A stretch of 64,000 nucleotides of DNA from Thermoplasmatota archaeon (GTDB taxonomy: Archaea; Thermoplasmatota; Thermoplasmata; Thermoplasmatales; Thermoplasmataceae), in assembly GCA_023379435.1 (NCBI GenBank), contig JAMCUH010000050.1, positions 372 to 64,371 on the forward strand. The letters run 5' to 3'. Positions 58,417-64,000 of the stretch are shown in pieces (position 1 is the first letter of the stretch; each line of letters starts with the position of its first letter). The notes beneath the pieces are model-generated. The model was not told where the DNA came from, did no database searches, and worked only from the letters and a program-made list of their open reading frames with translations. The translations under genes and the position numbers were made by a program.

Positions 58417-59812
58417 CCCACTTCCTGTTCCTTATCCTGAATGTTGATAAAGTATAACGCTTCAGAATGCCCATTATCCTGTCCCTATAACTGTCAGGTA
58501 TGAGAGAGAGCGGCCTTATTTCTCCTGGAAGCATATGAATGCCTGCAACATGCTCAATCTCTTCTCCTCCTTTGAGTCTCGCACCCCACATGGACATCTT
58601 TACCTCGTCCGGGTCAAGCCTTAGCCTTGGGAATTCAGGTGAATCTGTTATACTCAGATAATCATCCTTCAGGTAACCTATTTTTGATGGGTCCCCCCTG
58701 TTGGAAAGTATGAAAAGCATGATTCCAAGGCATTTGGTGCACTTTCCGCAGGGAAGAACCTGACCGTTCTCTATCCTGCAGGAATGGCATGATCTCTGCA
58801 GCTCAAAAAGCTTCGGATACCTCTCCATAAGTATCTTTTCCACGATCATTCCGGATATGGGATAGACGGCGGACCATACCTTTATTCTGAGACCCTTGTA
58901 ATTGAAGTAGGATGTAAGATAGGAATTGAATTCATTGGTCTGATCATATATCCCGTAATAATGAGTCATTCCATGAAACTTTCCCATGTTCATTGGATCA
59001 TCAAACTCATCGCCGAGTATTACATTGCCGATTTTGTATTTCATAAGGAGGGGAAGGAATGAGAAAATGTAAACCGGAAAGATGAAAAGCTGGATGGGAT
59101 AAGAATCCGCCGTTTTCTTTAACACCGCCCTGTTTATGATCCTCATGTTCCTGATCATGAAAGTGTAAAAACGATCAACGTTTGACCATACTTTCCTGGT
59201 TCCTGGGTATGTTACAGATGATTTTCTGTATGCTGGAATTGCTGCATACCAGTGCCTTCCCGACTCATTGAAGAAGAACGGAAAGACCTGTGCGCCGAGC
59301 TCATCCATCATTCCCAATGTGAGGAGACTCTCTTTCCCGCCAGAACTCATAATTGCGCACTTTTTCTGTGACGGAAGAAGAACGCTGGAATCGTTCTTCC
59401 TCAAGGGTGTGAGAAGCTTTGTATCACCCATGGCGTTTTCCGGAGTTATTTCCTCCTCATCCGGAATATAATCCTCAAGGAAGAATTCATACCTCCTCCT
59501 GCAGATGGCATTGACAAAAATCTCCCTGTTGTTGACATTTATGAAATGTTCAATTGTTTCCCTGTCCTGTTCTGAAACAGGGAAGTTCAGCGTGATGGAA
59601 GCGGTAAAATAGGAAAAATTTATGAGCGGCATTGTAAGGATCAATCCAGCCGTATTTAGATCAGCCTCGATATCCTCGCCGTAGGTGAATATAAGCTTGA
59701 AGGACGATCCATCCTCTGAATCTATGTGTACCGTTCCACTGATTCTCCTCTTTTCAATCTCTATGCCGGAAACAATTAGGTTGCCGAAACATCTTACCTT
59801 TTCGAAGTACAA
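58403..59812 (-). CDS. PP-loop (adenine-nucleotide alpha-hydrolase) superfamily protein with C-terminal Cys-rich zinc-ribbon; QueC-like architecture, function unknown
   Basis: The variant PP-loop SSGGKES lies at nt 59327-59347, where the canonical form is SGGxDS. The Cys cluster SCHSCRIENGQVLPCGKCTKC lies at nt 58730-58789. A ~150-aa N-terminal domain has no motif I recognise. The track start is TTG, 12 nt after the DUF1611 stop. Confidence 0.55.
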   Translation of the reverse strand: MYFEKVRCFGNLIVSGIEIEKRRISGTVHIDSEDGSSFKLIFTYGEDIEADLNTAGLILTMPLINFSYFTASITLNFPVSEQDRETIEHFINVNNREIFVNAICRRRYEFFLEDYIPDEEEITPENAMGDTKLLTPLRKNDSSVLLPSQKKCAIMSSGGKESLLTLGMMDELGAQVFPFFFNESGRHWYAAIPAYRKSSVTYPGTRKVWSNVDRFYTFMIRNMRIINRAVLKKTADSYPIQLFIFPVYIFSFLPLLMKYKIGNVILGDEFDDPMNMGKFHGMTHYYGIYDQTNEFNSYLTSYFNYKGLRIKVWSAVYPISGMIVEKILMERYPKLFELQRSCHSCRIENGQVLPCGKCTKCLGIMLFILSNRGDPSKIGYLKDDYLSITDSPEFPRLRLDPDEVKMSMWGARLKGGEEIEHVAGIHMLPGEIRPLSLIPDSYRDRIMGILKRYTLSTFRIRNRKWVRED

Positions 59813-59824
59813 ATTAACAACCCT

Positions 59825-60859
59825 TCAGTTTACAGCTTCCTCTATTACACTGACCATTCCACCGGCATCCTTCAGCGGATTGAAAACTGGAATGCCATAT
59901 CTTTTTTCACCTTTCTCAATGTAATCTTCTACCTCTGCATCGTTCATCCCCTCGGTATTCAGGGAGATCCCAATAACCTTTTTACCTGAAAGCAGCTCAA
60001 GAATTTTTATATAGTTGCGAACCGGAGGGATTTGAAAATCGTGGAAACCGTCGTAATAAAGTCTCTTTGGGGCATGCTGCAGTATAATGGAATCAGGACG
60101 ACATGCTCCTATGATCTCGTAACTTCCTGGATATGCAGGATGAATCACGGAACCCTGGCCCTCAAGAAACATAATGTCCGGTCTTTCGTCCTTCCAGGAT
60201 TCGTAGGTAACCGTTTCCAGGCATCCTGATACAAAGTCGTTCACTATGGCATCCAGGACTATGGTATGTTTTATTCCCTGCATCCATGAGGTCTGGCCTG
60301 TGCCAATAACGGATGATTTATTTCCATGTTCCATAAGCTTATTATTCAGAATTATTGCTGTAGTTCTTTTACCTATGGCACTGTCTGTACCTAGGACAGC
60401 AATTCTGTATGACCCAACCTCCTTTATTCTTCCCGTGAACTGGTCCCTTCTATCCCTGAACAGCTTCCTTACATCTGTTATCCTGGATCCGCTCTTCATG
60501 GCAAGAGAAGAGAATTCCCTGTCATCACTGATAAAATCATGAAGTCCGCTGACGATGTTCATGCCCGTAGCAATAGCATCCCTGATAAACGGTCTGTAAT
60601 TCTCAGGAAGTAACCCGCCATCAGATGCTATACCGACAATCAATGTTTCAGGATTGTATTTCATTGCATCTTCAAGACTGCCAACAATAGGTATTCCGGA
60701 ATTTCTACCCTGAAGTACCTCGCCAGCATCTTTACCTTTTAATCTGCTATCTATAACAGATGTTATTCTGTACTTCTGGCTGAACCTCACCAGCCCATTT
60801 GCAGTCTTTCCGTAAGTTGTTCCGAACACACCCTCAGAAAGTACTGTGGCTGTTTCCAT
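59825..60859 (-). CDS. DUF1611-family P-loop-like protein
   Basis: The Walker-A-like motif is VLGTDSAIGKRTTA. It is followed by IGTGQTSWMQG and DAIVNDFVSGCLE. This order of motifs is characteristic of DUF1611, recalled from family alignments and not searched. Confidence 0.7.
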   Translation of the reverse strand: METATVLSEGVFGTTYGKTANGLVRFSQKYRITSVIDSRLKGKDAGEVLQGRNSGIPIVGSLEDAMKYNPETLIVGIASDGGLLPENYRPFIRDAIATGMNIVSGLHDFISDDREFSSLAMKSGSRITDVRKLFRDRRDQFTGRIKEVGSYRIAVLGTDSAIGKRTTAIILNNKLMEHGNKSSVIGTGQTSWMQGIKHTIVLDAIVNDFVSGCLETVTYESWKDERPDIMFLEGQGSVIHPAYPGSYEIIGACRPDSIILQHAPKRLYYDGFHDFQIPPVRNYIKILELLSGKKVIGISLNTEGMNDAEVEDYIEKGEKRYGIPVFNPLKDAGGMVSVIEEAVN

Positions 60860-61817
60860 TGTTATCTCTTCCGGTCAGAACAACGACGCACTCTTCTTCC
60901 TTATCCATTCTGCTCAATCCCATGGAAACTGCTGCAAGTGCCGACGCTGATGCAGGCAGGACATTAATTCCTATTCTTTCTCTGATTATTTGAGCATACC
61001 TGATCATGTTATGGTCACTCACGGGAACAGCAATACCATTGGTGTCGTAAAGTCCGTTAAGTGCCAGCTGTCCATCATATGATCTGTAGGAAACCAGGGG
61101 TTCATTCACATATGACTCTATTATGGCTTCAGGTGGAAGCTCGATAAGATCCCGTAGGCCGGCAGAAAATGATGAAATTATCGGATTGCCTGAAGAAGTG
61201 CTTGATGCAATCATTCTCGGTAAAATATCGATATCACCATTAAGCTGCATCTTCTTGAATCCGAGATATATACCTGCAAATGTTGTTCCGTTACCCACAG
61301 GAACGGCAACATATGCGGGAGCATGACCGAGTTGCTCAACAATCTCTTTTGCAATGTTGGAGTATGCCCTTAGATCAAGAGAAGAATATTCTGATCCAGG
61401 GCTGGCGTCATACCAGCCCAAGCTTTTTGCATTCCTGTGCAGGAATTCGACGGAATCTTCATATTTTCCTGGCATTAACAGAACGTTTGAACCGTAACTT
61501 TCAATTTCTCTGCTCCTGCTGTTGCTGTAATCCTTTGGTATAAGAACATATGTGGAAAGCCTTGCCTTGTTGGCATAATATGAAAGCGATGCGCCATAAT
61601 TTCCACATGTTGCCACTGCTATTTTACTGAAACCAAGGTCTCTGGCATTCATAACATGTGCATACGATATTCTGTCTTTCTGTGTACCGGTGGGGCCATT
61701 CCCTTCGAATTTGAAAAAAATCTTGCTGAAATCAAGTGTATCAGAAAGCTCAGTATTTTTCAATAACGGAGTATTCAAAGGAGGAGGAGGCGGCTGTTCA
61801 TCAGCTATTTCTTCCAT
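60834..61817 (-). CDS. Fold-type II PLP-dependent enzyme (Trp-synthase-beta/threonine-synthase-like, PALP)
   Basis: The PLP-lysine context is FEGNGPTGTQKDRISYA (compare N-P-T-G-S-F-K-D-R in threonine synthase). Also seen are ATCGNYGASL and the glycine-rich phosphate loop VAVPVGNGTTFAG. The 327-aa protein overlaps the DUF1611 gene by 26 nt. Confidence 0.75.
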   Translation of the reverse strand: MEEIADEQPPPPPLNTPLLKNTELSDTLDFSKIFFKFEGNGPTGTQKDRISYAHVMNARDLGFSKIAVATCGNYGASLSYYANKARLSTYVLIPKDYSNSRSREIESYGSNVLLMPGKYEDSVEFLHRNAKSLGWYDASPGSEYSSLDLRAYSNIAKEIVEQLGHAPAYVAVPVGNGTTFAGIYLGFKKMQLNGDIDILPRMIASSTSSGNPIISSFSAGLRDLIELPPEAIIESYVNEPLVSYRSYDGQLALNGLYDTNGIAVPVSDHNMIRYAQIIRERIGINVLPASASALAAVSMGLSRMDKEEECVVVLTGRDNNGNSHSTF

Positions 61818-61911
61818 TTACTGTATCCTAGGTTTTTTGCCTTGCAAGAAGTATTTTCTTTCACTATTTAAATACTTTGTTACATGATGTAGTTCAAACA
61901 TTGTAACAGAT

Positions 61912-62559
61912 ATGAGCAATGGGAACGAAATGCTTATATCTAACATACAGCTATATTTTAACATGACCTTATCGCCATTACCTCCACTTGCGGTTGGTTT
62001 TTTTGGTCTCGGGACAGGTTATTATGTATGGGGCGGTTGGGAATTTTTCAGAATTCCTAAGGAAACAACTTCAGCTGTTAACAGGACGCTGGGACAGTGG
62101 GGAATCTGGATGCCCGGTTTCATGCAGTTTCTCACAGGCACTTATCTATTCCTCGGATTAACAATATTCAATGCATTCCAGCCTTCTTCCACTGTGGGAT
62201 ACACTGCTCTCTATATGGCTGCACTGGCATTCACTGCATACGGTGTTCACTGGTTCGCCCTTGGGTACAACAAGTACAAGGAAGGTGATCCAACGGTAGA
62301 TGGCTTCATGGCCATAGCGTTCCTGTGGATAAGCATCACAGGTGCTTTTGTTTTCTTTAAAGCGGGTGATATGTACGTTGGAACTCTGTTTGTATTGCTT
62401 GCACTGGTTTACATATCAGATATACCGGCAAGCCTACTAAAGTCAGCGAAATGGACCAGGGTAAAGGGTTTCTGGCACCTCGTTACAGGCACATGGCTGA
62501 TGTATCTTATGTTTGCCGCTGCAACCACATATGCACTGGGAATGCACCTGCCGCTTTAG
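61912..62559 (+). CDS. Six-helix membrane protein, possibly distant GPR1/FUN34/YaaH (SatP)-like channel
   Basis: The 215-aa protein has about six hydrophobic helices. GFMQFLTGTYLF and FTAYGVHWFALGY loosely resemble the YaaH-family G-x-x-Q-x-x-x-G and F-x-S-Y-G-x-F-W blocks. The family call is weak. Confidence 0.5.
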   Translation: MSNGNEMLISNIQLYFNMTLSPLPPLAVGFFGLGTGYYVWGGWEFFRIPKETTSAVNRTLGQWGIWMPGFMQFLTGTYLFLGLTIFNAFQPSSTVGYTALYMAALAFTAYGVHWFALGYNKYKEGDPTVDGFMAIAFLWISITGAFVFFKAGDMYVGTLFVLLALVYISDIPASLLKSAKWTRVKGFWHLVTGTWLMYLMFAAATTYALGMHLPL

Positions 62560-62592
62560 AATTCATTGAAAACTGTTAATACCTTAAAAGTG

Positions 62593-62622
62593 TGGTGGAC
62601 TATTTCATTGAAATGTCCACCA
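62593..62622 (+). terminator. Stem-loop immediately downstream of the membrane-protein gene
   Basis: TGGTGGAC (62593-62600) and GTCCACCA (62615-62622) form a perfect 8-bp inverted repeat with a 14-nt loop. It lies 34 nt after the stop at 62559. Its function as a terminator or RNA element is unproven, since archaeal terminators are usually oligo-T. Confidence 0.2.
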
Positions 62623-62934
62623 GATGCGTTATCATTGCAAATTTTTAGGTTGTCACAGCTTTTGTCAGTTTTTGTTAAGATATCACGCGAAATGCTCCAA
62701 CATAATGGATAGAGGATGAGACTATGCTTCGATCCATCTGCAAGGATCAAATGTGTCGACGTGATAAAGGCTCAAGAGCGTCCATCACGAAGAAATGAGA
62801 AGGTTTTTCGAAGGAGTATTAGGAATGCTTTAATTCGAATATTGTTAATATTGTGCATGAACATGAATATCACCCACATAATATTTAAAAAAGTCAAAAA
62901 AAAAATTAATATACGATATGTTATTTTATACATT

Positions 62935-64000
62935 ATGGAACATACAAGTTCCAGAGCAATCAAGATTATTGCAGTTCTGATAGCAATTGTACTGATTGCA
63001 ACTGTAACATTTGTGATCTATGATTCAAGATCCCCGGCAGGTAAATCAAATAAAGTTCCTAAAAGTGCCTCCTTTGGCCCCAAGATAGATGTTTCAGTTG
63101 GCCCGGTTGATTCTGCAACATCAGGAGACCAGAATTCCGGAATTGTCAACAATACCAGCATAACACTCCAGATATTCTCCGTTGTTCCTTCCTTGTTTTC
63201 AGGATCCACCGGTTCCGCAAGCCTTATCAACGCAAATATTTCCGACAACAGCTATTATGTTGAACTGCTGAACACAACACTTAACAGTTCCAGGGCCACG
63301 GTATTTCTCTCACCTCTTTTCGTAAACATATCACGGGAATGGAATGAACTCTTTTCAAAAATGGAGGGAAGGAATTATCCTTCCCTCTCCGTTGATGCCT
63401 ATAAAACAGTTATTGTAAACAGCACAGTTCAGATCTACAAATATTACAACAACATTGAATATAACCCGGAAATGGTTGATGTATCCACATTCAACAACAT
63501 TCAATCCGGGAATACAGTGCCAGACCTGGAAAGCTATTTCAATGGAACGGGCCTCAATCTCTCCGATTATTCCAGCATTTCCATCACCGATCTTTCATTT
63601 ACATTGAACATAACATTTCCAGATACACCGTATCAGACACTTACCAATGTCACCATGTCATCAGGGAAAAGTGATGGTTCACCCTTCGTAACCATGACAG
63701 GCAGCAGTGGCTGCATAACAACATACAGATGGGATAACTACTCATCCACATACGATTCTGTCACTGGAATCAATACAACAGAGGGTTATCTTCCTCTCCT
63801 GGCTCTTCATATGGGAAGGGCAACTGCAGAGAGCCTTTCACTAATTTCCCTAGGAGGGACTCTAACTTTATTAAACAACACAATAGGAATTAATTCCGCT
63901 GAACCTTATGTGTCATCAAGTGGTGAAGTAACAACTCAGATGAGCACCAATCCTTCGTTTGCAGTTCTTGCAAATGCATCTGTGGCTTCAAGCTCGAAGA
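62935..64000 (+). CDS. N-terminally anchored secreted protein, sequon-rich (5' part; gene runs off the window end)
   Basis: I translated by hand from the ATG at 62935. The frame stays open for 355 codons to nt 64000, so it is absent from the ORF track. The N-terminus is MEHTSSRAIKIIAVLIAIVLIATVTFVIYDSRSP (signal-anchor). Many N-x-S/T sites follow, including NNTS, NIS, NTT, NSS, NST, NGT, NLS, NIT, NVT, NYS and NAS. An A/T-rich promoter-like tract lies upstream at 62880-62930. Track ORFs 62772..62963 and 63018..63248 are antisense or overlapping artefacts. Confidence 0.65.
   Translation, partial: MEHTSSRAIKIIAVLIAIVLIATVTFVIYDSRSPAGKSNKVPKSASFGPKIDVSVGPVDSATSGDQNSGIVNNTSITLQIFSVVPSLFSGSTGSASLINANISDNSYYVELLNTTLNSSRATVFLSPLFVNISREWNELFSKMEGRNYPSLSVDAYKTVIVNSTVQIYKYYNNIEYNPEMVDVSTFNNIQSGNTVPDLESYFNGTGLNLSDYSSISITDLSFTLNITFPDTPYQTLTNVTMSSGKSDGSPFVTMTGSSGCITTYRWDNYSSTYDSVTGINTTEGYLPLLALHMGRATAESLSLISLGGTLTLLNNTIGINSAEPYVSSSGEVTTQMSTNPSFAVLANASVASSSK

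Overview
This is a densely packed archaeal chromosomal segment. I call 54 protein-coding genes and 2 tRNAs. Spacers are short and many gene junctions have 1-4 nt start/stop overlaps.

Several features point to a Thermoplasmata-type euryarchaeon. This is an inference, partly from remembered sequences.
- The RNA polymerase operon is rpoH, unsplit rpoB, rpoA', rpoA'', nusA.
- There is an aIF-1A/Rio1/KH cluster and a Csl4/Sm cluster.
- The thermosome N-terminus closely matches what I remember of the Thermoplasma acidophilum thermosome.
- There is a Rieske/cytochrome b operon and an initiator tRNA with an A1:U72 pair.

Most of the window is housekeeping:
- transcription and translation
- ribosome biogenesis (Nep1, Tsr3, Rio1)
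- heme synthesis (hemL, hemC, hemD)
- succinyl-CoA synthetase, OTCase, PheT and ArcS

Three blocks look accessory or poorly understood:
1. 3.7-12.0 kb is a seven-gene, overlap-coupled MoxR/DUF58 operon. It is headed by a 942-aa surface protein saturated with N-glycosylation sequons.
2. 37.0-49.2 kb holds an RHH regulator, a 1,227-aa TPR protein abutting a minimal site-2 protease, and a 2,122-aa AglB. This oligosaccharyltransferase is fused to a ~1,200-aa sequon-saturated, C-terminally anchored ectodomain. It is translationally coupled to a CARDB-like glycoprotein.
3. 58.4-61.8 kb is a three-enzyme operon of unknown pathway: a fold-type-II PLP enzyme, a DUF1611 protein and a QueC-like PP-loop/Zn-ribbon protein.

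I saw no rRNA, CRISPR array, transposase, integrase or prophage-like content.

Two real-looking genes run off the window edges, and one 52-codon ORF lies between Csl4 and Sm. All three are absent from the supplied ORF track. Several track ORFs begin at TTG or GTG, and I adjusted some starts. All family calls rest on motifs read by eye. No database search was run.
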